A stretch of DNA of 64,000 nucleotides from Gemmatimonadota bacterium (GCA_016874005.1 VGVQ01000021.1:4005-68004), one strand, 5' to 3'. Positions 8,434-18,694 are shown, counted from the stretch's first letter. A program made the numbers and translations. The notes: generated by a model from the letters alone, not told the origin.

Positions 8434-9080
8434 TGTCGCGGGTCGCCCTGATTCACGCCTTGATCGAGTCGATCGGCCCGATCTCCGAGGAGATCGATCG
8501 GTCCTGGCCCGACTGCGACCGGTTTCACCTTCTCGACGACTCGCTGTCGCGCGATCGCGCCCGGCAGCCGGGACCGCTCGACCAGGCGATGACCGACCGG
8601 TTTCAGCGGCTGGCGGACCATGCGGTGGCTTCGGGCGCCGGCGCGATCCTCTTCACTTGCTCGGCGTTCGGGCCCTGCATCGACGCGGTGGCCCGCCGAT
8701 TGGCCCCGATGGCGGTCTTCAAGCCGAACCAGGCGATGATCGCCGACGCCGTGGCGACCGGCGGACCGATCGGCCTCGTCGCCACCTTTGGCCCCACCCT
8801 CGAATCGATGATCGGCGAGTTTCCGGCCGGGGTCGCCGTCCATGCCAGGCTCGCGGACGGGGCACTCGAGGCGCTTCGAGCCGGCGATCCCCACCGGCAC
8901 GACCGACTGATCGCCGAAGCCGCCCGCGACCTGGTGGAGCGCCACCAGGTCGCGACGATCGCCCTGGCCCAGTTCACCATGGCCCGGGCGGGGCCGGCGG
9001 TAGCCGCTCTGGTGACCCGGCCCGTGCTGACCACGCCGGCGAGCGCGGTCAGGGCGCTGCGAGACCGGCTGGGCGCCTAA
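8433..9080 (+). CDS. Asp/Glu/hydantoin racemase superfamily protein
   Basis: ILFTCSAFG and IALAQFTMA motifs; TGATG overlap with dgdA. Confidence 0.7.
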   Translation: MSRVALIHALIESIGPISEEIDRSWPDCDRFHLLDDSLSRDRARQPGPLDQAMTDRFQRLADHAVASGAGAILFTCSAFGPCIDAVARRLAPMAVFKPNQAMIADAVATGGPIGLVATFGPTLESMIGEFPAGVAVHARLADGALEALRAGDPHRHDRLIAEAARDLVERHQVATIALAQFTMARAGPAVAALVTRPVLTTPASAVRALRDRLGA

Positions 9081-10081
9081 CGGCCTGCCCGGACCTGCTC
9101 GACCACCCGGCGGACCGCGGCGATCACCAGATCGGGCCGGTCCCGCTGAACGTAATGACTCGCGTCCGGGATGATCTGGTGCTCGCTTCGACTCGACCAC
9201 CCGGCCTGCTCTACCTGCAGCGCGGTCCAAATCGCCTGGAACTTCCGGCCCTGTTCCGCCGTCATCTCGATCTGCGCCAAGGTAGCGGCGTCGAGCGGGG
9301 CCGCGGCGGTCAACACCGCCAGCGGCCGCTCGCCTAACGCTCGCGCCTCGCCGGCCTGCGCCATCGTCTCGGACATCGCCCGCGCCTCGGCGATCATCGG
9401 TCCCATCGAGGTTGCCGCGTAGGCCGCCGTCGCCCGCCGGACCGATTCGGGGATCGCCCCGTTGGTGTCGGTCGGCATCACCGCCCGGGCCAGACCGGTC
9501 CACGCCAGGGCCGCCAGCACCTTGAGGGAACCGAGCGGGGGCTCCATTTCCTTCCCGGTGGCCTCCGCCAACCGGGCGACTTGGTCGGGGTGCGAGGCGT
9601 CGACGAAGACCAACCCGGCGACCTTGTCAGGAAACCGTTTGGTGTAGACGCTGATGTATGGCCCACCCAGCGAGTGACCCACCATCACGTAGGGACCGGC
9701 TTCGCCGGCCGCCGTCAAGGCGGCGTCGAGGTCGGCGGCGACCGCGGTCGCGTGGCGCGGTTGTGGTCCGGGATCGCTCCACATGATCCCGGCCCGACTG
9801 TAGCCGCAGGTACGGGTGGTCGCGGCGATCGAATCGTGGACCGCGGCCCAGGCCAGCGATCCGTTCATGTCGAGCCCAGCCTCCAGCACCACGATCGGCG
9901 TTCCGCTGCCACGACAGTCGAGGTGAAGCCGGCGACCTCCGATGTCGACCAGCCGGCCCGGCGGTGGATGGTCCGTCGCGGCTCGACCCCTGGCCACCCG
10001 CTCCGCGATGGCACCGAGCAGCGCGGCGACGACGATGAGCCCGAGGAGGCCGAGTCCGATTCGTTTGAGCCAAGTTCGCAT
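9077..10081 (-). CDS. alpha/beta hydrolase with N-terminal membrane anchor
   Basis: Start MRTWLKRIGLGLLG at 10081; LHLDCRGSG, VGHSLGG nucleophile elbow, ASHYVQ. Confidence 0.85.
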   Translation of the reverse strand: MRTWLKRIGLGLLGLIVVAALLGAIAERVARGRAATDHPPPGRLVDIGGRRLHLDCRGSGTPIVVLEAGLDMNGSLAWAAVHDSIAATTRTCGYSRAGIMWSDPGPQPRHATAVAADLDAALTAAGEAGPYVMVGHSLGGPYISVYTKRFPDKVAGLVFVDASHPDQVARLAEATGKEMEPPLGSLKVLAALAWTGLARAVMPTDTNGAIPESVRRATAAYAATSMGPMIAEARAMSETMAQAGEARALGERPLAVLTAAAPLDAATLAQIEMTAEQGRKFQAIWTALQVEQAGWSSRSEHQIIPDASHYVQRDRPDLVIAAVRRVVEQVRAGR

Positions 10082-10646
10082 GGCGAGTGTCGGGTTGGGT
10101 CGCTCCCAATCTGGAACCGTTTGGCCGTTTCCGCTAACCGCGTCAGGCCGTTCCGGCCGACAGCGAGCGAGATCGGATCCTCCACGACACCCCCGATCGT
10201 ATCTGGCTGGTGGTCCTCCACGCCGCCCTGCCTCTTGCTCGGCGCATCCGCCGGTTCCGAGGCGGTTCGGCGCCCCCGCGAGCGATTCGCAGCGAAGCAC
10301 GGCGAGGGTGCGGCAAAGCCAGCGACCGGGAGTTTGGGAGGGCTGCTTGCGGCGCAGACTGGCGTCCATCATCATACCCCGACATGGTCAGCCGCCGAGA
10401 TTCACCAGCCCCGTTTCGGAGCCGGGAGTCAGCTTGGGAGCCGGATCGCCCGCCCCGGGCGACGTCGTGCCTGTCGTCTCGAGCGTCCCCGACGTGACCG
10501 ATCGCCCGTGACGGAGCACTCATCCGCGGACCGTCCGAGATTCTCCCGGCCGCGGTTCCGGCGGTTCCTGACCGATTACCCGGCACGGCCGAGTCGACGA
10601 CGCGGCCGAAGCCCCGGAAGGCCGCCCCGATGGGACCTCCGACCCT

Positions 10647-12437
10647 GTGGCGGCCCGGAACCGCCGTCGCGGCTACCTCAGGGAGTACCTCCGGTGGCTG
10701 GCGCCCCACCGCTACGCGGTCGCCGGGCTTTTCCTGCTCGCCCTCCTCGTCGCCGCGTTCCAGATGGTCGAACCGCTCTTCATGCGGTTCATCGTCGATC
10801 GGGTCCTGCTCGACCCGGACCTCGACCCGGCGAGGCGGCTCCGGCTGCTCCACCTGGCGGGGGCCACCTTCGTGACGTTGGTCGTCCTCTCGAACGTCGT
10901 GGCCGTCATTCGCGACTACCGCCAGCGACTGCTGAACGCCCGGGTAATGCTCAGTCTCAGGCGGGCGCTGTTCGGGCGGCTGCTTCACCTCCCCCTCCCC
11001 AAGCTCTGGGACATGAAGACCGGGGGGATCCTCTCGCGAATCACCGGAGATGTCGACACCACCACGGGCCTGCTCCAACTCGCCATCGTGTCGCCCGCCC
11101 TCTCGGTGATTCGCCTCCTGATCGCGATCGGGGTCCTGCTGGCACTCAACTGGCGACTGGCCCTCACCGCGCTCGCGATCGTTCCCGGCATCGCGGTCAT
11201 CAGCGTGCTGTTCTCCCGGCGGATCCGGCCCATCTACCGTTCGCTCCGAAAGGACGTGGAGCACATCGACGGCCGGGTCGGCGAAACCTTCTCGGGAATC
11301 CGAGTCGTCCGCGCCTTTCGGGGGGAGCTTCGTGAGCTGTTCGATTTCCTGGTGGGTCGCCATACGGTCATCCGCAAGGAACTGTTCGCCCAACGGCGCG
11401 AAATGGTGATCTGGGCCTCCTGGGGCCTGTTGCTCGGGGCGGTGAACGTCGTGATCCTCTGGTATGGCGGCTACCTGAACCTGGTCGGCCGGGCCTCGGT
11501 GGGCGACATCATGGCGTTCCAGTGGTACACCTTCCTGCTGCTCAATCCCGTGTGGCAGATCGTCAACTCCTTTTCCGAGTTGCAGCGATCGCTCGCGGCG
11601 ACCGAGCGGGTGTTCGAGATCCTCGCGATGCCGGATGACAAGCCGGACCGCCCGGGCGCGCTGCCCGCACCGGCGGCCGTGCGGGAGATCGTCCTCGACC
11701 GGGTGGGATTCGAGTACCGCGAGGGAGTCCCCGTCGTCCGTGACGTGTCGGCCACGGTCCCCGCCGGGACGGTGGTGGCGCTGGTGGGACGAAGCGGCGC
11801 CGGAAAAACCACCGTGACCGACCTGGTGGCGCGGTTCCACGATCCGACCGAGGGCCGGATCCTGGTCAACGGCACCGACATCCGCGACCTCCAGTTGGCC
11901 AGCTATCGCGATCTCGTGGCCATCGTTCAGCAGGATGTCTTCTTGTTCGACGGGTCGGTGCGTGACAACATCGCCTACGGCCGTCACGGCGCCACCAAAG
12001 ACGAGGTCGTCGCGGCCGCGGTGCGGGCCAACGCCGACGAGTTCATCAGGTCGTTGCCGGAGGGGTACGACACCTTCATCGGTGAGCGCGGCGTCAAGCT
12101 GTCCGGGGGGCAGTGCCAGCGGCTCGCGATCGCGCGGGCCTTCCTCGCCGACCCGCAGATCCTGATCCTCGACGAGGCGACCAGCAACCTCGACACCGAG
12201 AGCGAGCAGGCGATCCAGGCGGCCATGGCGAGCCTCCTGGCCGGCCGCACCACCTTCATCATCGCGCACCGGTTGTCCACGGTTCGCCGCGCCGACCTGA
12301 TCCTCCTGCTCGACGGCGGCCGAGTGATCGAGCGGGGGACCCACGAGGCACTGATGGCCCTTGGCGGCCAATACGCCCGGATGGTTCGCCGACAAGCCGA
12401 CTCGGCGGGCCTCGATGCGGCGTTCAGCGACGCCTAA
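10647..12437 (+). CDS. ABC exporter, fused permease and ATP-binding domains
   Basis: TM domain, then GRSGAGKTT, LSGGQCQR, ILILDEATSNLD, IAHRLST. Confidence 0.9.
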   Translation: MAARNRRRGYLREYLRWLAPHRYAVAGLFLLALLVAAFQMVEPLFMRFIVDRVLLDPDLDPARRLRLLHLAGATFVTLVVLSNVVAVIRDYRQRLLNARVMLSLRRALFGRLLHLPLPKLWDMKTGGILSRITGDVDTTTGLLQLAIVSPALSVIRLLIAIGVLLALNWRLALTALAIVPGIAVISVLFSRRIRPIYRSLRKDVEHIDGRVGETFSGIRVVRAFRGELRELFDFLVGRHTVIRKELFAQRREMVIWASWGLLLGAVNVVILWYGGYLNLVGRASVGDIMAFQWYTFLLLNPVWQIVNSFSELQRSLAATERVFEILAMPDDKPDRPGALPAPAAVREIVLDRVGFEYREGVPVVRDVSATVPAGTVVALVGRSGAGKTTVTDLVARFHDPTEGRILVNGTDIRDLQLASYRDLVAIVQQDVFLFDGSVRDNIAYGRHGATKDEVVAAAVRANADEFIRSLPEGYDTFIGERGVKLSGGQCQRLAIARAFLADPQILILDEATSNLDTESEQAIQAAMASLLAGRTTFIIAHRLSTVRRADLILLLDGGRVIERGTHEALMALGGQYARMVRRQADSAGLDAAFSDA

Positions 12438-15121
12438 CCATCGACCCGGAGCGCTTCGATCGGTTCGATCCGAGTCGCCTGCCGTGCTGGGACCCACATC
12501 GCGGCGAGGGCGGCCACCCCCACCATGACCACCACCGCCCCATAGACCGAGAGTTCGACCGGCGCGACCTGGAACAGCATCGAGCGCACCAACCGCGAAC
12601 CGACCGCGGCGCCGACGGCTCCCCAGAGGAGCCCCGCCAGTACCATCCGGAACCCGTCCCGAAGCACCAACCGCCGCACGCTTCCCCGGGAAGCGCCGAG
12701 CGCGATCCGGACCCCGATTTCGCGGGTTCTCGTCGCGGTGAGGAAGCTCAGGACGCCGTGAATGCCGAGCAACGCCAGGACCATCGCCACCACCGCGAAC
12801 GCGCCGATCACCACCAGCGCAAACCGATGACTGGCGACGGTCGCCATGACGGTCGCGGTGAGCGGCTCGACACCGTAGATCGCCAGGGCCGGATCGAGAC
12901 GCCGGAACAGCCCCGGAATCTCGGCCGCGACCGCGCCCAGGTCGCCGCTCACCCGAAGGACCAGCACCCGCGCCATCGGCAGCTGCAGGGCGCTGGCATA
13001 GACCGCGGGCGGCACCGTTTCGGCGACACCGTGGATCCGCTCATCGGTCACGACCCCGACGATCCGCCGAGTGATGCCCCACCAATTGATCTCCTGGCCC
13101 AGCGGAGATCGGTCGGAGAAGAACCGTCGGGCCGCCGTTTCGTTGATGACGGCCACCAGCGGCGCGTCCACGGTTTCCGATTCGGTGAAAACCCGACCGT
13201 CAATGACCCCGAGCCCCACCGTGGTGAAGTAGCCCGGCGAGACCACCCGCACCGAGATTTCGGGCCACGACGCGGCCTCCGCTTCCCGGCCGACGATCCG
13301 AAACGAGTTGGTGAAGCCAGCGTCGAGCGGATGGGCGTTGGCGAGGGCCGCGCCGCTCACGCCGGGGATTCGGGCGGCTTCCTCGAGCAACCTGGCACTG
13401 AATTGCTGGATCGCGGGCCAGCGCGGAAAGGTGGCAAAGTCTCTCGGATAGCGGCTGGCGGGCAGCTGATACTCCGCCTTGAGCAGGTCGTGAGTCCGGT
13501 ATCCCGGCCCGGTTCGTACGATCTCGGTCAGGCTCTTCACCAGGAGCCCGGCCACGATCACCAGCGTGACCGAGATCGCCAACTCGGCGACCACAAGACC
13601 CCGACGAAAGCGGCCCAGCCCGGATGCCACGGCGCGATCCTCGGCCCGCATCGCGACCATCGGATCGATCCGCCGGGCCTGCCAGGCCGGCACCATTCCG
13701 AACAGAAGCCCCATCAGCAGCGCGAGGCCGAGGCTCGCAGCCACGCCAACCCAGTCGACGCCCACCTCCTCCATCCGTGGGAAATCGGCGGGGGCCAAGC
13801 GCAACAGCATCCCCAGCCCCGCCCACGCCAGCGCGAGACCGAGGGCACCGCCCAGAAGGGCTAGCAGGAGGCTCTCGACCGCGAACTGCCGCCCCAATCG
13901 CCCCGCCCCGGCGCCGAGTGCCGTCCGGACGGCGATCTCGCGAGCCCGCACCGCGCCCCGAGCCAGGAGAAGATTGGCGGCGTTGACGACGCCAGCGACC
14001 AGCAACAGCACCCCGGCAACCACCAGCAATCGAAGCACGGGTTTGGTCGGACCGAACACCACCTCCGGATATGGCTCGAGGTTGCTGCCGCGGGCGGTGT
14101 TCGAACCGGGAAACGCCCGCTCGAGGTCGGCGGCGATCGCGGTCGCCTGGCCACTCGCCTGCGCCGCCGTGACCCCCGGGGCGAGCCGGGCCACCACGAT
14201 GGTCGAGTGGGTGTCGCGAACCGATCCGGTGAACGTCCCTTCGATCGGGGCCCAGATGTCGACCCGGCCGACGCCGGCGTACGGAGCGTGGTAGGCCGCC
14301 CGGGCATGAATCTGGTCGAGCCCGAAGTCGGCGCTGTTCGGGAGGACGCCAATGACGGTAACCTCGCCATCGTCGAGCCGAATCGTTCGGCCGATCACCG
14401 CGGGATCGGCGCCGAAGCGCCTCCGCCAGAGTCCTTCGCCGATCAGCACCACCCGAAAGGGACGGACGGCCGCCTCGGCGGCCGTGAAGGCCCGGCCCAC
14501 GAGCGGCCGAACGCCGATGAGGTCGAAGAAGTTGGCGCTCGCCAGGATCGCGGTGAGCCTGAGCGGGTCGCCCTGCCCGTCGGCCAGGCTCAGTTCCGCG
14601 CTGGAGAGGGCGCCGACTTGGCCAAGCAACTGGCCGCGGCTCCGGAAATCGAGGTAGTCCGGCCAGGACATCGGCTCGCGGGTGGTCCCGGTCCGCCGGT
14701 CCGTCTGCCAAACGACGGCGAGCCGCTCCACCTCGGCGAACGGGGCCGGCCGCACCAACACGCCGGTGACCACGGTCCAGATGGCGGTCGCGGCGCCGAT
14801 CGCGAGGCCCAGGGTGGCGATGGTCGCGGCGGAGAACCCCGGCGCCCGGCGGAGTTGGCGCCCGGCATAACCGACATCGCGGCGAAGATCGTCGAGCCCT
14901 CGCCACCCGCGAGCGTCGAGGGCGGATTCTCGGACCTCTTCGACGCTCCCTAACCTGAGCGAGGCCCGGCGGCGCGCCTCCGCCTGGTCGAGGCCTCGCG
15001 CCTCGAGCTGTCTGGCGCTTTGCTCCAGGTGGTAGGCCAGTTCCTCGCGGAGTTCCCGATCCGCGCGGCGGCCCCCGAACAGGGTGCGGAGCCGGTGGCG
15101 GAGTCCGTCCCAGCCGGACAT
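12434..15121 (-). CDS. ADOP-type duplicated ABC permease (MacB/FtsX family)
   Basis: Start MSGWDGLRHRL at 15121; ELREELAYHLE N-terminus, two MacB_PCD/FtsX repeats (REIAVRTALGA, REIGVRIALGA); directly downstream of padR. Confidence 0.88.
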   Translation of the reverse strand: MSGWDGLRHRLRTLFGGRRADRELREELAYHLEQSARQLEARGLDQAEARRRASLRLGSVEEVRESALDARGWRGLDDLRRDVGYAGRQLRRAPGFSAATIATLGLAIGAATAIWTVVTGVLVRPAPFAEVERLAVVWQTDRRTGTTREPMSWPDYLDFRSRGQLLGQVGALSSAELSLADGQGDPLRLTAILASANFFDLIGVRPLVGRAFTAAEAAVRPFRVVLIGEGLWRRRFGADPAVIGRTIRLDDGEVTVIGVLPNSADFGLDQIHARAAYHAPYAGVGRVDIWAPIEGTFTGSVRDTHSTIVVARLAPGVTAAQASGQATAIAADLERAFPGSNTARGSNLEPYPEVVFGPTKPVLRLLVVAGVLLLVAGVVNAANLLLARGAVRAREIAVRTALGAGAGRLGRQFAVESLLLALLGGALGLALAWAGLGMLLRLAPADFPRMEEVGVDWVGVAASLGLALLMGLLFGMVPAWQARRIDPMVAMRAEDRAVASGLGRFRRGLVVAELAISVTLVIVAGLLVKSLTEIVRTGPGYRTHDLLKAEYQLPASRYPRDFATFPRWPAIQQFSARLLEEAARIPGVSGAALANAHPLDAGFTNSFRIVGREAEAASWPEISVRVVSPGYFTTVGLGVIDGRVFTESETVDAPLVAVINETAARRFFSDRSPLGQEINWWGITRRIVGVVTDERIHGVAETVPPAVYASALQLPMARVLVLRVSGDLGAVAAEIPGLFRRLDPALAIYGVEPLTATVMATVASHRFALVVIGAFAVVAMVLALLGIHGVLSFLTATRTREIGVRIALGASRGSVRRLVLRDGFRMVLAGLLWGAVGAAVGSRLVRSMLFQVAPVELSVYGAVVVMVGVAALAAMWVPARQATRIEPIEALRVDG

Positions 15122-15459
15122 CAGGCCCCCTCCCACCGCAGGATCAGCCGGATGGCCTGGGCGGCCCGCTCCCATTCGGAGCGCTCCACTTGCAGCTGGC
15201 TCCGACCCGCGGCCGTGAGCCGGTAGTATTTGGCCCGTCGGTTGTTCTCGGTCAACCGCCACTCCGATACGACCCAGCCGCTGCGCTGGAGGCGCTCGAG
15301 CGAGGGATAGAGCGACCCTTGGTTGACCGAGAGGGCTCGCTCCGAGAGAGCTTCGATCCGCTGGGTGATCCCCCAGCCGTGGATCGGTTCGACCGAGAGG
15401 ACCTTGAGAACCAGGAGGTCGAAGGTGCCTTGGAGCACGTCGGTGCGGCGGTCGGCCAT
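15121..15459 (-). CDS. padR: PadR family transcriptional regulator (acidobacterial type)
   Basis: Start MADRRTDVLQGTFDLLVLK at 15459; GSLYPSLERL and NNRRAKYYRLT motifs. Confidence 0.9.
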   Translation of the reverse strand: MADRRTDVLQGTFDLLVLKVLSVEPIHGWGITQRIEALSERALSVNQGSLYPSLERLQRSGWVVSEWRLTENNRRAKYYRLTAAGRSQLQVERSEWERAAQAIRLILRWEGA

Positions 15460-15470
15460 CGCTCGTTCCT

Positions 15471-15516
15471 CTCGACTGTCAAGTGCAATGTCGCTCACCT
15501 GCTCCTGACCGTCAAG
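15471..15516. promoter_or_regulatory. Two quasi-palindromic candidate PadR operators
   Basis: CTCGAC-T-GTCAAG (15471-15483) and CCTGAC-C-GTCAAG (15504-15516), 33 bp apart. The second overlaps a minus-strand TTGACG. Confidence 0.5.
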
Positions 15517-15556
15517 GGGAGCTTCCGGTCGGGGACCACCCCGCGGCGGAACCGGC

Positions 15557-15585
15557 TTGTCCGCGACCAATCGCGGCGGTACAAT
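15557..15585 (+). promoter_or_regulatory. sigma70-type promoter of the CocE/NonD gene
   Basis: TTGTCC, 17 nt, TACAAT; ATG 25 nt downstream. Confidence 0.55.
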
Positions 15586-15610
15586 CGACCACCCGATATC
15601 GGTGAGCCTC

Positions 15611-17464
15611 ATGTTCCGCTACCTCGCCATCGCCGGACTCGGCCTCGCGGCCGGCTGTGCCCCCGCCGCCACCACCTCGACCGATCGGATCTCCGAGCCG
15701 GGCCGCTACCAGGGGTACGCCACCGCCGATTATGACGGGTACGCCAGGACGTCGCAGTACTTGACGATGCGCGATGGGGTGCGACTGGCGGCCGACATCC
15801 TCCGCCCCACCAAGAACGGCGCGCTCCACGGCGAGAAACTCCCCGTGGTCTGGACCCACCACCGCTATAACCGGGCCTTTTTCCGGGGTGACACCATCGT
15901 GGACTACGCCGCCGGGTTCGGCCGGGGAATCGCCCGGCTCCTCCACCATGGCTACGTGGTGGCGGCCGTCGACACCCGAGGCGGCGGAGCCTCCTTCGGC
16001 ACCCAGCAGGGGTTCTTCATGCCGAGCGAAGCCGAGGACGCCTACGAGATCACCGAATGGCTGGCCGCGCAGCCGTGGTCGTCCGGGAGCGTGGGCATGA
16101 CCGGGCGGTCCTACCTCGGAATCACCCAGCTCTTCGCCGCGAGCAAGAAGCCGCCGAGCCTCAAGGCGATCTTCCCCGAGATGCACGTGTTCGAGTGGTA
16201 TCCGATGATCTACCCCGGCGGCGTCTATCGCGACGACTTCTTCGCCAAGTGGCAGATGCTGACCCACAACCTGGACAATGCGGTGACCTTCACCTGGGGA
16301 CCGGCGCTGTCGTTCGGCGGGGTGGCACCGGTCGACGGACAAGAGGGCATGGCCCAGCGGGACTCCGCCATCGCCGAGCACAGGACCAACCGCGACATGT
16401 ACACGATGTGGGCCGGCGTCCCGTACCGGAACAGCATCGACGCGGTCTCCGGCAAGCCGATTCACCTCGAACGCGGACCGGCGACCTACCTGGACCAGAT
16501 CAACGATTCGGGCATTCCGGTCTACGGGTTGGTGGGCTGGTACGACGCTTTCCCCCGAGATGCCTTTCTCTGGTTCCGCAACCTCAAAGTGACCCAGAAG
16601 CTGATCATGGGTCCGTGGTTCCACGGCCAGACGGACGGATTCGACCTCGGCGCCGAGCGGCACCGGTGGATGGATCGCTGGCTCAAGAACGTCGACAATG
16701 GGATCGACCGAGAGCCGCCGTTGCGTTACTTCGTCATCGACGCTCCCGAGGCTTCGGCCTGGCGCACCGCGACCACCTGGCCGCTCCCCGAGGCCGTCGC
16801 CACCGAGTTCTTCTTCCATGGCGGGAAGGCCGGCAGCGCGGGGTCGTTCAACGACGGCCGCCTGATCCGGACCTCCCCGGGGGACGCCGAGGCCTCGGAC
16901 AGCCGGGTGGTCGACACCACCGCGACGTTAGGTCCGGCCAACCGATGGGCCAATACCTACGGAGGCGCGGTCGGGTACCCGGACCTGGCCGGTAACGACG
17001 CCAAGGGGTTCACCTGGACGACCGCACCGCTCGATACTCCAGTCGAACTGATCGGACATCCGATCGTGCACCTCTGGGTGACGTCGTCGGCCCGCGATTT
17101 CGACGCAATGGTCTACCTGGAGGATGTCGATTCGACCGGACGCTCGAGTTATGTGACCGAGGGCGTGCTCCGTGCCTCCCACCGCAAGCTCGGGACGCCC
17201 CCGTTCGACAACTTCGGTTTGCCGTGGCCTCGAAGCCACCAGGAAGACGTCGCCCCGCTTCCCGCCGAGCCGGCCGAGTTGGTGTTCGACCTCCACCCGA
17301 CCGCCAAGCGGTTCCGGACCGGGCACCGGATCCGAGTCACCCTCCAGGGCGCCGACCGCGACAGCCATCGCGCCGTCTACCCGAAGGTGCCGCCGACCGT
17401 GGCCGTCCATCGCGATCGAGCGCGGCCCTCCCGGATCGTGCTGCCGCTGGTCCCGGTGCGCTGA
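15611..17464 (+). CDS. CocE/NonD family serine hydrolase (S15-like), lipoprotein
   Basis: MFRYLAIAGLGLAAGC lipobox; MRDGVRLAADI, DTRGGGASFG, GRSYLG and a C-terminal PepX-like domain. Confidence 0.88.
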   Translation: MFRYLAIAGLGLAAGCAPAATTSTDRISEPGRYQGYATADYDGYARTSQYLTMRDGVRLAADILRPTKNGALHGEKLPVVWTHHRYNRAFFRGDTIVDYAAGFGRGIARLLHHGYVVAAVDTRGGGASFGTQQGFFMPSEAEDAYEITEWLAAQPWSSGSVGMTGRSYLGITQLFAASKKPPSLKAIFPEMHVFEWYPMIYPGGVYRDDFFAKWQMLTHNLDNAVTFTWGPALSFGGVAPVDGQEGMAQRDSAIAEHRTNRDMYTMWAGVPYRNSIDAVSGKPIHLERGPATYLDQINDSGIPVYGLVGWYDAFPRDAFLWFRNLKVTQKLIMGPWFHGQTDGFDLGAERHRWMDRWLKNVDNGIDREPPLRYFVIDAPEASAWRTATTWPLPEAVATEFFFHGGKAGSAGSFNDGRLIRTSPGDAEASDSRVVDTTATLGPANRWANTYGGAVGYPDLAGNDAKGFTWTTAPLDTPVELIGHPIVHLWVTSSARDFDAMVYLEDVDSTGRSSYVTEGVLRASHRKLGTPPFDNFGLPWPRSHQEDVAPLPAEPAELVFDLHPTAKRFRTGHRIRVTLQGADRDSHRAVYPKVPPTVAVHRDRARPSRIVLPLVPVR

Positions 17465-17542
17465 CGAACGCCGCGGTGGCTCCGTTGCGGCACCTGGCCG
17501 TGAGCCCTAGCTTGGAAACGGCTCCCCTGGCGAGGTCTGGCC

Positions 17543-18694
17543 TTGGCGCGTCGTCGCAGCGGGCGGCTCCTGGTCGTTTCGACGTTGGCATTCCTCGCCA
17601 TCGGCTGCGGAGCTGATGGTGACCTGACTGGCCCGGCCGCGGACGCCTGTGGCCCTGGCCCCTATTTCTCTGCGCTGCCGATTGCCCTGAGCGACATCGA
17701 GCGCATCGTGGTCTTCGGCGGGCTTGGGGCGCCGGGCCACACCCTCCCGACCGCCCACGCCGGGATGTACCTCCTGAACGAGGGCGCGGCGGTGTCCTCG
17801 CCCGGCGACCTCCAGATCACCCAGTTGCGCCGCACCAGGTATTTGGTTTCGCCGAACCGCCAGGGTCGCGAGGACTACGGCGTCTTGTTTCAGGTCTGCC
17901 GGGAAGTGTCCGGCTGGTTCGGCCACCTAACCACACTAGCCGCCTCGGTGGCGCCCGAGGCCACTTGGTCGGATTGCCAGCAATACAGCACCGCTACCGA
18001 GACGGTCGAGTCCTGCAGCGCCAGCTTGAGGAACGTGCTGGTGAGGCCCGGCCAGCCGTTGGGGACGGGTGGGATGTCCCGCGCGTTGGGGTTGATGGGG
18101 TTCGACTTCGGAATGGAAGACTCCCGAGTCGACAATTTCTACATTGCCAGGCAGCGTCACCCGCCTCAGACCTTTCACGCGATCTGTCCGTGGGACCAGT
18201 TCGGACCGGCACTTCGGGATCAGCTGTACACCAAGCTTGGCGATCCTGGCCGGCCTGGCTTGGTCCCGGCCGGTGAGCCCCGCTGCGGCACCATGACCGT
18301 TGACGTGGCCGGTACCGCCAAGGGCGTCTGGGTGCTGCAGGGCAGCAACCCCCAGCCCGGCAACGAAACCGCGTACCTGACCTTGGCCAATTACCCCTAC
18401 CGACCCGAGGACCATCTCGCTTTGAGCCTCGGACCCAACGCTCTGGGCGCTCGGGTAGCGGTGGTTGGCCGCCAGGCTTCCGGTCGAGTCAACCGACCGT
18501 TCGAGTCGGTCACGGACAGCCAGATCTACTGTTACGGTCCCGACGCCGCGTCTCCGACCGTGAGTTGGCTCCTCGCCCTCACTGGGCCGAGCCAACTCGA
18601 TATCAAACGGACCGACCATGCCCTGGGCGCCAGTCCGTGCTTGGCCTCGACGGCAACCTGGAACATGTCCGGGGCCGTGAGGCTGACCCGCTGA
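17543..18694 (+). CDS. Hypothetical Cys-rich lipoprotein
   Basis: LAFLAIGC lipobox and a coherent globular sequence; TTG start uncertain; no family recognised. Confidence 0.6.
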   Translation: MARRRSGRLLVVSTLAFLAIGCGADGDLTGPAADACGPGPYFSALPIALSDIERIVVFGGLGAPGHTLPTAHAGMYLLNEGAAVSSPGDLQITQLRRTRYLVSPNRQGREDYGVLFQVCREVSGWFGHLTTLAASVAPEATWSDCQQYSTATETVESCSASLRNVLVRPGQPLGTGGMSRALGLMGFDFGMEDSRVDNFYIARQRHPPQTFHAICPWDQFGPALRDQLYTKLGDPGRPGLVPAGEPRCGTMTVDVAGTAKGVWVLQGSNPQPGNETAYLTLANYPYRPEDHLALSLGPNALGARVAVVGRQASGRVNRPFESVTDSQIYCYGPDAASPTVSWLLALTGPSQLDIKRTDHALGASPCLASTATWNMSGAVRLTR

